Position numbers and translations under genes: made by a program. Positions 47,998-57,765 of a DNA stretch of 64,000 bases are shown in pieces (the first letter of the stretch is position 1; every line of letters begins with the position of its first letter). The notes under the pieces are model-generated. The model did not search any database. It saw only the letters and a program-made list of their open reading frames with translations, and had not been told where the DNA came from. Source of the DNA: Candidatus Eiseniibacteriota bacterium (GTDB taxonomy: Bacteria; Eisenbacteria; RBG-16-71-46; SZUA-252); assembly GCA_963703225.1 (NCBI GenBank), contig OY969801.1:192001-256000 (forward strand). Direction: 5' to 3'.

Positions 47998-48324
47998 ATG
48001 AAGCCGAAGAACCTCTACCTGGCGCTCTGCGTCGTCGGCGCGATTCTCCCGTACGCCGCGTTCATCCCGTTCGTCTGCGAGCACGGTCTTGATTTTCCCC
48101 TGATCTTCACACAGCTCTTCTCCAATCGGATCAGCACCGCGTTCGCGTTCGACATCCTGGTCTCGTCGATCGTGTTCTGGGCATTCGTACTCATCGAGGG
48201 CCGGCGCGCCGGCGTGAAGCACCTCTGGGTCCCGCTGGCGGCCAACGTGGTCGTCGGCCTGTCGCTGGGGCTCCCGCTGTTCCTTTGTATGCGGGAAAGG
48301 CGGCTGGATGCGGCCCCGCGTTGA
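47998..48324 (+). CDS. Small membrane protein (DUF2834-like)
   Basis: GAGGAGGT RBS; GAILPY, FAFDILVS, VGLSLGLPLFL. Confidence 0.8.
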   Translation: MKPKNLYLALCVVGAILPYAAFIPFVCEHGLDFPLIFTQLFSNRISTAFAFDILVSSIVFWAFVLIEGRRAGVKHLWVPLAANVVVGLSLGLPLFLCMRERRLDAAPR

Positions 48325-49174
48325 GTTGATCTCGGTTTGGCCCACTGGGAGGCTCAGAGTGCTTCGAAGATCCGGCACCTTCTCGCTTGCGCTAGCCCTT
48401 CTTCTGGGGGTTCCCTCGCTTGGCGAATGTTCCAAGCAAACTTGGGAGGGGGCGGCTACGTTTGGGATCAGCTTATGGTCGTATCAGAGACTGGATCCGC
48501 AGAGCTGCTGGTCCGTAGCCGTTGAGGCCGGGTATCCGGACTTCGAGCCAGGCAGACTCGGCCTTGCTCGCATCGAAGTGGCCGGCGGCGCGAAAGTCGT
48601 GAGCGGGGACACCCTGCGAGCCATGAATTCGGGCTCACTGCAATCGTGGCCCCTCAATCTGCGGAAAAGCGGTAGCGGCCCAGTCGAGTTTCGAGCCTCG
48701 CTCATGGTCTACGGGACCGATTCGCTTTCCTACGACGAGCTTCATCAACTGCTGGTACTTGAAGTAGTGGGAGACACCATACTTGTACGGGAACAACGTA
48801 CAACCCTCCAAATCAGCGTGAGAGGTGGTCGTCGATTTCGCTATGGAGATCGGTATCTAGTGGCGCTTGATCCGGATGAAGATCCGCATACGCACCAATC
48901 TCAATCTCCTCCAAAGCTGCTTTCGGGTGGCGAAATCTCTTGTCCCGATTGCGGGCTTCAGGGGCCGATGGAATTACAGGTCGCCGCGACGGTGGGAAGG
49001 AGTGGATCCATCACATGGATCCGCCCTGGAGACTTGACGTCCCGGCCAGTCAGCGCCAAGGTGTGGGCAGCCGTGGAAGCGGGCCTTCGTAGCTACCGCT
49101 TTGAGCCTGCGATTGGCGATGGTGAGCCGACGTCGGGACTGGCAATCCTTCGATTGCGGGTTGTCTCGGAGTAA
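48308..49174 (+). CDS. Hypothetical exported protein with a divergent TonB-C-like tail
   Basis: Visibly more AT-rich; ends ATVGRSGSI...AAVEAGLRSYRFEPAIGDGEPT. Confidence 0.5.
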   Translation: MRPRVELISVWPTGRLRVLRRSGTFSLALALLLGVPSLGECSKQTWEGAATFGISLWSYQRLDPQSCWSVAVEAGYPDFEPGRLGLARIEVAGGAKVVSGDTLRAMNSGSLQSWPLNLRKSGSGPVEFRASLMVYGTDSLSYDELHQLLVLEVVGDTILVREQRTTLQISVRGGRRFRYGDRYLVALDPDEDPHTHQSQSPPKLLSGGEISCPDCGLQGPMELQVAATVGRSGSITWIRPGDLTSRPVSAKVWAAVEAGLRSYRFEPAIGDGEPTSGLAILRLRVVSE

Positions 49175-49187
49175 TCTGACGGCGTCC

Positions 49188-49226
49188 AAAACCAAAAACC
49201 CGCCCCACCGGGAGGCGGAGCGGGCC
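49188..49226 (-). terminator. Intrinsic terminator of trxA
   Basis: Minus strand CCCGCTCC-N10-GGGGCGGG-TTTTTGGTTTT. Confidence 0.75.
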
Positions 49227-49248
49227 GAAAGCGTGATACTCGAAAAGA

Positions 49249-49581
49249 CTAGGCCGCCAGCACCCCGTCGATGACCGACATGATCTGGTGCTTGGGGACG
49301 GCCCCGATAATCTGCTCGACGATCTTGCCGCTCTTGAAGATGTAAAGGCTGGGGATGCTCTGGATCCGATACTGGGTCGCGATCCGCTGGTTGGCGTCCA
49401 CGTCCACCTTGGCGACCTTGATCTTGCCCTGGTACTGGCGAGCCACCTCTTCCACCACCGGCCCCACCATGCGACAGGGCCCGCACCACTCGGCCCAGAA
49501 GTCGACCAAGACCGGAATGTTCGAGTTGAGCACTTCCGCGTCGAACGTGCTATCGCTCACCTGGAGTACAGCGTCGGCCAT
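49249..49581 (-). CDS. trxA: Thioredoxin
   Basis: [22 protein letters not shown] before ATG 49581. Confidence 0.97.
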   Translation of the reverse strand: MADAVLQVSDSTFDAEVLNSNIPVLVDFWAEWCGPCRMVGPVVEEVARQYQGKIKVAKVDVDANQRIATQYRIQSIPSLYIFKSGKIVEQIIGAVPKHQIMSVIDGVLAA

Positions 49582-49694
49582 GAACCTAGCTCCTTCGAAG
49601 TTGTGGAATCTGAGTGCACTCTGGTGTAGCGAGAAGGGGCACTCACAGTAACAATTTTGATGCCTTGGATCAAGGCCGGATTCAGCCGATCGCG

Positions 49695-49723
49695 TTGACA
49701 CTCCGGCCCAAGGTTTCTACACT
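49695..49723 (+). promoter_or_regulatory. Sigma-70 promoter
   Basis: TTGACA-N17-TACACT upstream of 49777. Confidence 0.75.
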
Positions 49724-49776
49724 ACAGGGTTCATGCGCCTACGCCGCCACCGTCCCTCTGAGCCCCGGGTACCCCG

Positions 49777-50586
49777 TTGATCGAGGTCCAGAAGCTCCGG
49801 AAGACGTTTCAGGACCGCAAGCGGGGCGAGATCCCCGCGGTCAAGGACGTCTCCTTTACCTGCCGTCCAGGCAAGGTCTTCGGCCTGCTCGGCCGAAACG
49901 GGGCCGGGAAGACCACCACGCTGCGGATGCTGGCCACGATCCTGGTCCCGACCTCGGGTACAGCCACGGTCGCCGGCCACGACATCGTGCGGCACCCCGC
50001 GGACGTCCGCCGCTCCATCGGGTATCTGTCCGGAGAAACCAAGCTCTACGACCGGCTAACCGGGCGTGACCTTCTGGAGTACTTCGGCGCCCTTGCCGGA
50101 ATGGGTAAGTCCGCCATCCGGGCCCGAATCGTGGAGCTCACCGAGCCGTTCGAGCTCCAGGAAATCCTGATCAAGCGGGTGGGCAAGATGTCGACCGGAA
50201 TGAAGCAGCGGCTTTCGATCTCGCGCGTGCTCTTCCATGAGCCTCAAGTGCTCATCTTCGACGAGCCGACGGCGGGCCTCGACGTCATCGGGGCCAGGAC
50301 GGTTCTGAACCTGGTGCAGGATCTGAAGCGGAAGGGGAGGACCGTGATCTTCTCCACCCACATCATGACCGAGGCGGAGCGGATCTGCGACGAGATCGCG
50401 ATCATCGAGCAGGGGGAAATCCTGGCGCAGGGGACCCTCGATTCGATCAAGCGCCAAGGGGGCCACGCCTCGCTGGAGGACGCCTTCATCGATATCGTCC
50501 AGCGCACGGGCGGCGGTCGCCATGCCGAGAATGGAGACAGTGCCGGAGTGGTCGCCAATCCGGTCGGGGTGAGCGGTGACCGCTAA
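49777..50586 (+). CDS. NatA-like ABC ATP-binding protein
   Basis: GRNGAGKTT, MSTGMKQR, IFDEPTAGLD. Confidence 0.9.
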   Translation: MIEVQKLRKTFQDRKRGEIPAVKDVSFTCRPGKVFGLLGRNGAGKTTTLRMLATILVPTSGTATVAGHDIVRHPADVRRSIGYLSGETKLYDRLTGRDLLEYFGALAGMGKSAIRARIVELTEPFELQEILIKRVGKMSTGMKQRLSISRVLFHEPQVLIFDEPTAGLDVIGARTVLNLVQDLKRKGRTVIFSTHIMTEAERICDEIAIIEQGEILAQGTLDSIKRQGGHASLEDAFIDIVQRTGGGRHAENGDSAGVVANPVGVSGDR

Positions 50587-51766
50587 GACCCTGGCCGTCT
50601 ACCGCAAGGAGCTGATCGACACGCTCCGGGACGGCCGCTCGATCTTCGCGATCTTCGTCTTCCCGTTCCTCCTCTACCCCGCGATGCTCCTCTTCACCTC
50701 CTGGATGGCGAGCAAGGACAACCAGGAGGCAAAGCTCTTACAAGTACGAGTCGGCGTCGTCGGTGCGTCCGCTGTTCCGTTCGTCATGGACAGCCTCGCG
50801 GCCATCCCGGGCGTGACGCCGGTGCCGCTCGCGGCCGCGCCGGAGTCGATGGAGCAGGCGGGCGTCAATGCGGTGCTGGTGATCCCGGAGGGCATTCACG
50901 CGTCGCTCGCCCGGGGCGACAGCGCCCGTGTCGAGCTGCTCTACAAGCGAGCCGACAACACCTCCGACGCCGCGCAGGAGCGCGTGGCCCCGATCCTGGA
51001 TCAGGTCCAGCGGGCGCTGACCGTCTCCTGGGCCAAGAGCCACGGTGCGCAGGCCGAGAGCCCTCCGGCCTTGGTAGTGGAGTCGAAGAACGTGTCGGAT
51101 AAGAGCGAGATGGGCCGATTCATCGCGGCGCTCATCATTCCCTATATCCTCGTATTCATGGTGGCGGCCGGCTCCATGCAGACGGCGGTCGACGCGACGA
51201 CGGGCGAGAAGGAGCGGAGCACCCTCGAGACGATCCTTGCGACGTCGGCGTCCCGCACCGAGATCGTACTCGGAAAGTGCATGGCCGTCCTCACGGCGGC
51301 CCTGACCGGAGCGATCACCGGCATCACCGGGCTCTGGTTCACCTTCGCCGTGGTGGCCAAGGCCTTTCCGATGATGTCGAGCCGGTCGCTCGAGATCTCG
51401 ATCGGCCCCGACAAGGCGGCTCTGATCTTCCTGACGCTCTTGCCGACGGCCGTCTTCCTGACCGCGGTGCTCGTGGCGATCGGATGCTTCGCGCGGAGCA
51501 TGCGCGAGGGGCAGACCTACGCGACTTACGTCTATATGGCGTCGATCTTCCTCGGCCTGGGAAGCTTTGGTCAGCAGACGCCGCCGCTCTCGCGCTTTTT
51601 CATCCCGATCTTGAACACCGCGCTACTGCAGCGGGAGATCCTGACCAATTCCGTCCAGATGATGCACGCCGTCGCCGCGGTCGGGGTGACGTCGGCCGCG
51701 GCGGCGCTCATGCTGGTCATCGCCGTCCGCCTCTTCTCGAACGAGGGAGTGCTCTTCAGGACGTAG
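50576..51766 (+). CDS. NatB-like ABC-2 permease
   Basis: KELIDTLRD, GEKERSTLETIL. Confidence 0.88.
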   Translation: MTAKTLAVYRKELIDTLRDGRSIFAIFVFPFLLYPAMLLFTSWMASKDNQEAKLLQVRVGVVGASAVPFVMDSLAAIPGVTPVPLAAAPESMEQAGVNAVLVIPEGIHASLARGDSARVELLYKRADNTSDAAQERVAPILDQVQRALTVSWAKSHGAQAESPPALVVESKNVSDKSEMGRFIAALIIPYILVFMVAAGSMQTAVDATTGEKERSTLETILATSASRTEIVLGKCMAVLTAALTGAITGITGLWFTFAVVAKAFPMMSSRSLEISIGPDKAALIFLTLLPTAVFLTAVLVAIGCFARSMREGQTYATYVYMASIFLGLGSFGQQTPPLSRFFIPILNTALLQREILTNSVQMMHAVAAVGVTSAAAALMLVIAVRLFSNEGVLFRT

Positions 51767-51803
51767 GCGCCCACCGTATCGCGAGCCCTCGAGGGAGATC
51801 CGA

Positions 51804-53039
51804 ATGAAGCAAGACATCGACGCCCTGCTCCGCGAGCGCGGCTTGACCGCGGCCCTCGTCCTCAAGGGTGAGACTCCGAATCCCACCTTTCGGTACCTGG
51901 TGGGGCCTCCGGCGGCGCACATCTCCACCGCGATCTTGGTGTGGCGCCCGGGCCAGACCCCGCACATGGTGCACGCGATGATGGAGCGGGACAGCGCGTC
52001 GGCGACCGGATTCGATTTGAGCGAATACGGCGGCCACGGCTATCGCAAGATTCTCGAGGACGAAGGCTCGCGCGACCGTGCCATGGCCCGCCTCCTCTCC
52101 AAGGTGCTCGGGGGATTGGGCGTCAAGGGACCTATTCTGGTCCATGGGTTCAACGAGGTGGGGCGCTACTATCACATCCTGAACCGACTTAAAGAATGGG
52201 CGCCGGGGATCGAATTCGCGGAGGATGAAGATCTCGGTCTCTTTGACAGAGCCAGGGCCACGAAGGAGCCCGTCGAGGTCGACGCGGTCCGCTCGGTGGC
52301 ACGCGCGTGCAGCCGGGCCTACGCCCGCGTGCGCGAGGTGATCGGCGGCGGCCGCCTCGACGGCGGGAAGCTCAAGGATGCCGGGGGATGGGTCACGATC
52401 GGGAGGCTCCGCCGAGAGATCCGGCGGGTGTTCTTCGAGGCCGATCTCGAGGAGCCGCATGGGAACATCATCGCGATGGGACGCGACGCGGGCGTGCCGC
52501 ACAACGTGGGAAACGACCACGACGTACTGGAAGAGGGTCGCCCGATCGTGATCGATCTTTATCCCGCCCAGGCGGGCGGGGGATACTACTTTGACGTGAC
52601 GCGTACGCTCTGCGTGGGGCGGGCCTCCACCGAGCTCAAGGAGCTTCACTCGCTCGTTCGAGAGGCGGTCGACCGGACGGTCGACGCGCTCACGCCGGAA
52701 GCCCCGGCGCGGATCTACCAGGAGAAGGTTTGCGATCTCTTCGAGGCGCGAGGCCACAAGACGATCCGCCAGGACGAGCGGCTCCAAGAGGGCTACATAC
52801 ACGGGCTGGGCCACGGCATCGGACTCGAGGTGCACGAGCGGCCGAATCTCGGAGGCCCCTCGCAGAACAAGGATCGAATCGCGCTGGGATCGCTGTTCAC
52901 CGTCGAGCCCGGGCTATACTATCCGTCACGGAATCTTGGCGTGCGGATCGAGGACGTGGTCTACGCCCGGCCCGACGGCTCCTTCGACAATTTGACCGAC
53001 ATCCCCTACGAGCTAGAGGTCGCGCCCGCGTCCGCTTGA
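51804..53039 (+). CDS. M24 Xaa-Pro peptidase family protein
   Basis: IDLYP, FDVTRT, HGLGHGIGLEVHE, TVEPGLY, VRIEDV. Confidence 0.92.
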   Translation: MKQDIDALLRERGLTAALVLKGETPNPTFRYLVGPPAAHISTAILVWRPGQTPHMVHAMMERDSASATGFDLSEYGGHGYRKILEDEGSRDRAMARLLSKVLGGLGVKGPILVHGFNEVGRYYHILNRLKEWAPGIEFAEDEDLGLFDRARATKEPVEVDAVRSVARACSRAYARVREVIGGGRLDGGKLKDAGGWVTIGRLRREIRRVFFEADLEEPHGNIIAMGRDAGVPHNVGNDHDVLEEGRPIVIDLYPAQAGGGYYFDVTRTLCVGRASTELKELHSLVREAVDRTVDALTPEAPARIYQEKVCDLFEARGHKTIRQDERLQEGYIHGLGHGIGLEVHERPNLGGPSQNKDRIALGSLFTVEPGLYYPSRNLGVRIEDVVYARPDGSFDNLTDIPYELEVAPASA

Positions 53040-53073
53040 TGCCCCGCCCGCCGCTCGCCAGGGAGCGCACCCG

Positions 53074-54225
53074 ATGAGCCAAACCTCACGCGCGGTTTCG
53101 ACCAAGCGCCGCCGCGAAAGGGCTATCTTGGCGGGGCGCGCTAACTCCCGGGTACAACCCAATGGTGACAACCTTACCGAGCTGCGGCTCTTGGCTGAAA
53201 CCGCCGGAGCCGAAGTGCTGGGCGAGGTTCTTCAGCGACGCGGCTCGGTACGCTCCTCGACCTTCCTGAGCAAGGGGAAGATCGACGAGGTCCGGACGCT
53301 CTCGGAGGAGCGGAACGCCTCGCTCTTGCTCTTGGACGACGACCTTTCGCCCGCGCAGAGCCGAAACCTCGAAGAGGATCTGAATCTCCGCGTCGTGGAC
53401 CGGAGCGGGCTCATCCTCGACATCTTCGCCCGGCGCGCGCGGACGCGCGAGGCGAGGCTTCAGGTGGAGCTGGCTCAGCTCGAGTATGTGCTGCCGCGCC
53501 TGACCCGGATGTGGGAGCACCTCTCGCGCCTCGGAGGCGGGATCGGAACGAGGGGACCCGGAGAAACCCAGCTCGAGGTAGATCGACGCCGAATCCGCGA
53601 GCGAATCGCGAAGTTGAAGCGCGAGCTGGAGGGGGTCGTGCGCGAGCGGCGCGTCCAGCGCCGGGGACGGCGCGGCTGCTACAAGGCATCTCTGGTCGGC
53701 TACACGAACGCGGGAAAGTCGACGCTCTTCAACTCCCTGACGCGCGCCCGCGTCTTCGTGGAGGACCAGCTCTTCGCGACGCTCGATCCGACGACCCGGG
53801 TGTTCGCCGCGAACGGCGCGACGCGGGCCCTTCTCACCGACACGGTGGGGTTCATCCGAAAATTGCCTCCACACCTGGTCGCGTCGTTTCGCGCGACGCT
53901 CGAGGAGGTGACGGAGGCCGATCTCCTCCTCCACGTCATCGATGCGGCCGAGCCCGACCTCGAGCTCCACATCAGCTCGGTGGAATCGGTCTTGGACGCG
54001 ATCGGCGCGCTGGGCCGCCCGCGCCTCTTGGTCTTCAACAAGGTCGACTCCCTCGAGGATGATGTGGCGATCTTGGGTCTGCGCGCGCGCTATCCCGGCG
54101 CGGTCTTCGTCTCCGCGCTAAAGCGCGAGGGAATCTCCGAGCTGCGCGAGGAGGCCATGCGGAGGCTCCGCTCGGAGGACGGCTCGCTCCGAAGAGCGGG
54201 CGCGCGATACTCACCGCACCCGTGA
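53074..54225 (+). CDS. hflX: Ribosome-splitting GTPase HflX
   Basis: GIGTRGPGETQLEVDRR, GYTNAGKST, LFATLDPT, DTVGFI, NKVD. Confidence 0.97.
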   Translation: MSQTSRAVSTKRRRERAILAGRANSRVQPNGDNLTELRLLAETAGAEVLGEVLQRRGSVRSSTFLSKGKIDEVRTLSEERNASLLLLDDDLSPAQSRNLEEDLNLRVVDRSGLILDIFARRARTREARLQVELAQLEYVLPRLTRMWEHLSRLGGGIGTRGPGETQLEVDRRRIRERIAKLKRELEGVVRERRVQRRGRRGCYKASLVGYTNAGKSTLFNSLTRARVFVEDQLFATLDPTTRVFAANGATRALLTDTVGFIRKLPPHLVASFRATLEEVTEADLLLHVIDAAEPDLELHISSVESVLDAIGALGRPRLLVFNKVDSLEDDVAILGLRARYPGAVFVSALKREGISELREEAMRRLRSEDGSLRRAGARYSPHP

Positions 54226-55454
54226 TCGCCCCGGATCGGATCGGCCGGATCCAGGACGCGGTCCGCGAGGCAAAGCTCGCGGGCTGGCTCCTTTTCGACT
54301 TCCACGGCTCCAACCCGATCGCCCGGACCGTGCTCGGCCTGGTCGACGGGCCCGAAGCGCCCAAGACGACCCGGCGGTGGTTCTACCTCGTGCCGGCTCG
54401 AGGGGTGCCACAGAAGATCGTTCATCGATTGGAGCCTCACGCGCTCGACCATCTCCCCGGCGACGCTCACGTCTACCTGACCTGGCAGGAGCTGGAGCGC
54501 ACGGTGGCCAAGATCGTGGGCGGACTCCGTGAAACCGCCGGCTCGGCGACGGGAGGCGTTGCGGCGGTCGCGATGGAATATTCGCCGCTCGCGCGGCTCC
54601 CCTACGTGTCACGCGTCGATGGGGGAACCATCGAGTTGGTAAAGCGGAGCGGGGTCCACCTCGTCTCCTCCGCCGATCTCGCACAGCGCTTCGGGGGCGC
54701 GTTGGAGCCCGCCGCGCGCGAAGACCACCGCCGCACCGGGAAGGCGCTCATGGAGATCATCCAGGGCGCCTTTGTCCTGGCCCGCGACGCGGTCAGGGAC
54801 GGCGCGCCCCTTACCGAGGTGGTGCTCCAGCGTTGGGCCCTCGAGCGCTTCGCCGCCGCGGGGCTCGTCTCCGCCGACCCGCCCACGATCGCCGTCAACG
54901 CGCATTCGGGGGATCCCCATTTCACCACGACGCCCCAGCTGGATCGCGCCATCGGAACGGGCGATTTCCTCCTGATCGACGCCTGGGCCAAGGCCGCGCG
55001 GCCGGGCGCCGTCTACGCCGATTACACGCAGGTTGCATTCCTCGGACCGTCGGCACCCGAGCGACACCGGGTCGTGTTCGAAGCGGTCCGGGATGCCCGC
55101 GACGCGGCGATCGCGCGGGTGCGGGACGCGCTCCGCGCGGGGCAGCCTGTACGAGGCTGCGACGTGGACGACGCGGCGCGCGAGGTGATCCGGGCGCGAG
55201 GCTACGCCGACCGATTCGTCCACCGCACGGGCCACTCGATCGGCGAGGAAGTGCATTCGAATGGCGTCCACCTCGACAACCTCGAAACCCGGGATGAGCG
55301 CCGCTTGATCGAGGGGACGCTCGTCTCCGTCGAGCCCGGGATCTACCTCGAAGACTTCGGCGTGCGGAGCGAGGTCAATCTCCTGATCGACGGGGGCGAA
55401 GCGGTCGTGACTACCGACCCGATCCAGCGCGAGATCCTCGCGCTCCTTCCGTAG
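54222..55454 (+). CDS. Second M24 peptidase family protein
   Basis: LIDAW, YADYT, HRTGHSIG, SVEPGIY, VRSEVN. Confidence 0.9.
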   Translation: MIAPDRIGRIQDAVREAKLAGWLLFDFHGSNPIARTVLGLVDGPEAPKTTRRWFYLVPARGVPQKIVHRLEPHALDHLPGDAHVYLTWQELERTVAKIVGGLRETAGSATGGVAAVAMEYSPLARLPYVSRVDGGTIELVKRSGVHLVSSADLAQRFGGALEPAAREDHRRTGKALMEIIQGAFVLARDAVRDGAPLTEVVLQRWALERFAAAGLVSADPPTIAVNAHSGDPHFTTTPQLDRAIGTGDFLLIDAWAKAARPGAVYADYTQVAFLGPSAPERHRVVFEAVRDARDAAIARVRDALRAGQPVRGCDVDDAAREVIRARGYADRFVHRTGHSIGEEVHSNGVHLDNLETRDERRLIEGTLVSVEPGIYLEDFGVRSEVNLLIDGGEAVVTTDPIQREILALLP

Positions 55455-55462
55455 CCGGCGCC

Positions 55463-55882
55463 ATGTCGGCCGCCATGGTTCCGCTCCGCGAGATCCGGCT
55501 TCGCACCTCCCGCTCCGGGGGTCCGGGCGGGCAGAACGTGAACAAGGTGGAAACCCGGGTCGAGGCTTCGTGGGACCTCGGAGCGTCGAGCGCGTTTTCC
55601 GACGCGCAGAAAGATCGGCTCCGCGCCGCGCTGAAGAGGCGGATCGCGGCGGACGGCACCATTCGCGTCGTGAGCCAACGGCACCGGAGCCAGCATCAGA
55701 ACCGCGCGGTGGCGGTGGAACGGCTCCGGGCGCTGGTCGCGGCGGCGCTCATGCCGCGAAAGAGGAGACGCTCCACGACGCCAACGGCTGCGTCGAGGAC
55801 GCACCGGCTCGAGGAGAAGAAGCGCCGCGGGGCCATCAAGCGCGAGCGTGGTAACATATTAAATAACAATAGTTTACGGTAA
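55463..55882 (+). CDS. arfB: Alternative ribosome rescue factor B (peptidyl-tRNA hydrolase)
   Basis: SGGPGGQNVNKVET, RSQHQNR, basic tail RLEEKKRRGAIKRER. Confidence 0.95.
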   Translation: MSAAMVPLREIRLRTSRSGGPGGQNVNKVETRVEASWDLGASSAFSDAQKDRLRAALKRRIAADGTIRVVSQRHRSQHQNRAVAVERLRALVAAALMPRKRRRSTTPTAASRTHRLEEKKRRGAIKRERGNILNNNSLR

Positions 55883-56047
55883 TTCGGCCCACCCCGCTCC
55901 CGCACGCCCCACCCAGTTTCCCCTCAACAAGACCTCCCCGGAAGTCGATATCTGACAGGGATTGGCGGCCTCCCGCGCGGGCGTCTTCTTGCCCCCGCGA
56001 AGCTCGGGAGCGGCGGTTCCACGGCGGCCCCGGAGACAGATCGGACC

Positions 56048-57765
56048 ATGAAATTCTTCCACTTCAAGCCGGGACCGCGGACGATCGCCTTCTCGGCGAT
56101 CGCGGCCATCATCGTCGGCATTGCCCTTCCCGTCGTATTTCTGAACCGCGTGGCGAGAGCGCCGCAAGAGCCTCCCGTGCCGATGCCGACCCCGCCTGAG
56201 GAAGTGTCCGCCCTTCCGCCACCGCCGACGGTCTTTCGCTTCTTCCAGGAGAGCCCCCAGAACGCTCGACCCGGGGCTCGCATCGGACGCCTACTCCTCC
56301 ACGGTCATCGCGCAGATCTACAGCCCGCTCGTCGGCCTCACCTCCGACCTGGAGCCGACGCCGCAGGTGGCCGACAGCTGGACCATCTCCCGCGACGGAT
56401 TGCAGTACGTCTTCCACATCCGCGAAGGCGTGCGATTCCACTCCGGGCGGGAGGTGACCGCGGAGGATTTCGCCTACAGCCTCACCCGCGTCTTCACCGA
56501 GCCATTCCTCTCCGAAGGGCTGGCGGCTGGCTATCTCGACGCGATCGACGGCGTTCACGAATTCATCGCGGGGAAGGCGACCGAGATCCGCGGCATCCGG
56601 GTGCTGGACGACCGGCAGATCCAGATCACGCTCAGCCATCCCTACAGGCCGCTTCTCACCGCCCTGGCGTTGGATCAGACCTCCGCGGTGCCGCGGGAGC
56701 TGGTGGAGAAGGGCGGGAAGGACGTCTTCGAGCGTGAACCGGTCGGCTGCGGGCCGTTCCGGTACGTGCGCCGCGATGCGGCCCAGGGGATCGTCCTCGC
56801 GGCCAACCCCGATTACTTCATGGGAAAACCGGCGATCGACACGCTCATCTTCTACGCGCCTCACGGCGACGTTACCTCCCAGGGAGCCGACGCACTCCTC
56901 GATGGCCGCGCCACGCTGAGCACGCTTCCGGTCAATCGGATCGAGGAATTCCGCGCGCGCCCTGGGATCACGATGCTCCGCTGGCAGGACCTGACGCTCG
57001 CGTTCCTGGGCATGAACGCGACGTTGCCGCCCCTCGACGACGCGCGGGTCCGCGAAGCGGTCGCGATGGCGATCGACCGACAGGCGATGCTCGATCTTCA
57101 ACCGGAAGGGAAAGCGCTGGCGTCGGGGATCCTCCCGCCCGGCCTCCCGGGGTATACCCCGGTGCAGAAGACCTACCCGCACGACCTGGCGAGGGCCAGG
57201 GAGCTACTGGCCGAGGCGGGATACGGCCCCGATCGACCGCTGCCGCCTGCTCCCGATCTACAAGTCGATCACGACCAATGCGGTGACGCTCCAGATCGAC
57301 TCGCTCATGGTGCGGTCGCTGGCGGAGGCCGGGATCATCGCGGAGCCCAAGTATGTTACGTGGGCCGATCTGGACAGCCTGATCACCGAGAGACAGGCGC
57401 CGATGTTCAGTCTCTCGTGGGTGGCCGATATTCCCGATCCGGACACGTTCCTCCGCGCTCTCTTCTACTCCACCAGCTCGACCAACTACTTCCGCTACTC
57501 CAACGCGATGGTGGACTCGCTCCTGGACGTCGCGCGCGGCACCGATGATCCCACGCTGCGCCAGGACGCGTACGAGCGCGCCGAGGAAGTGATCCTCCGG
57601 GAGGCCCCGTTCGTTCCGCTTCATCACCCGGCAAGCTTCATCGGCCTCAGGGATGACGTCGTAGGGTTGGAAATGAATCCGCTTGGAATCTCGACGCTGG
57701 CCATGGAAAAGCTCCGCTTCGCGGAGCCAAAGCCCGGTGAAGAGCACCGAAACGCCGGCCGCTGA
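56048..57765 (+). CDS. Family-5 (oligopeptide-type) solute-binding protein (apparent indels near 56275 and 57250)
   Basis: N-terminal TM; ADSWTISRDGLQYVFHIREGVRFHSG, PVGCGPF, VREAVAMAIDR, WVADIPDPDTFL. Confidence 0.88.

Noticed and set aside
49611..49645. CIRCE-like inverted repeat TGAGTGC...GCACTCA before trxA
   Set aside because: Arms are in reversed order with a 21-nt spacer; at most a leader hairpin.
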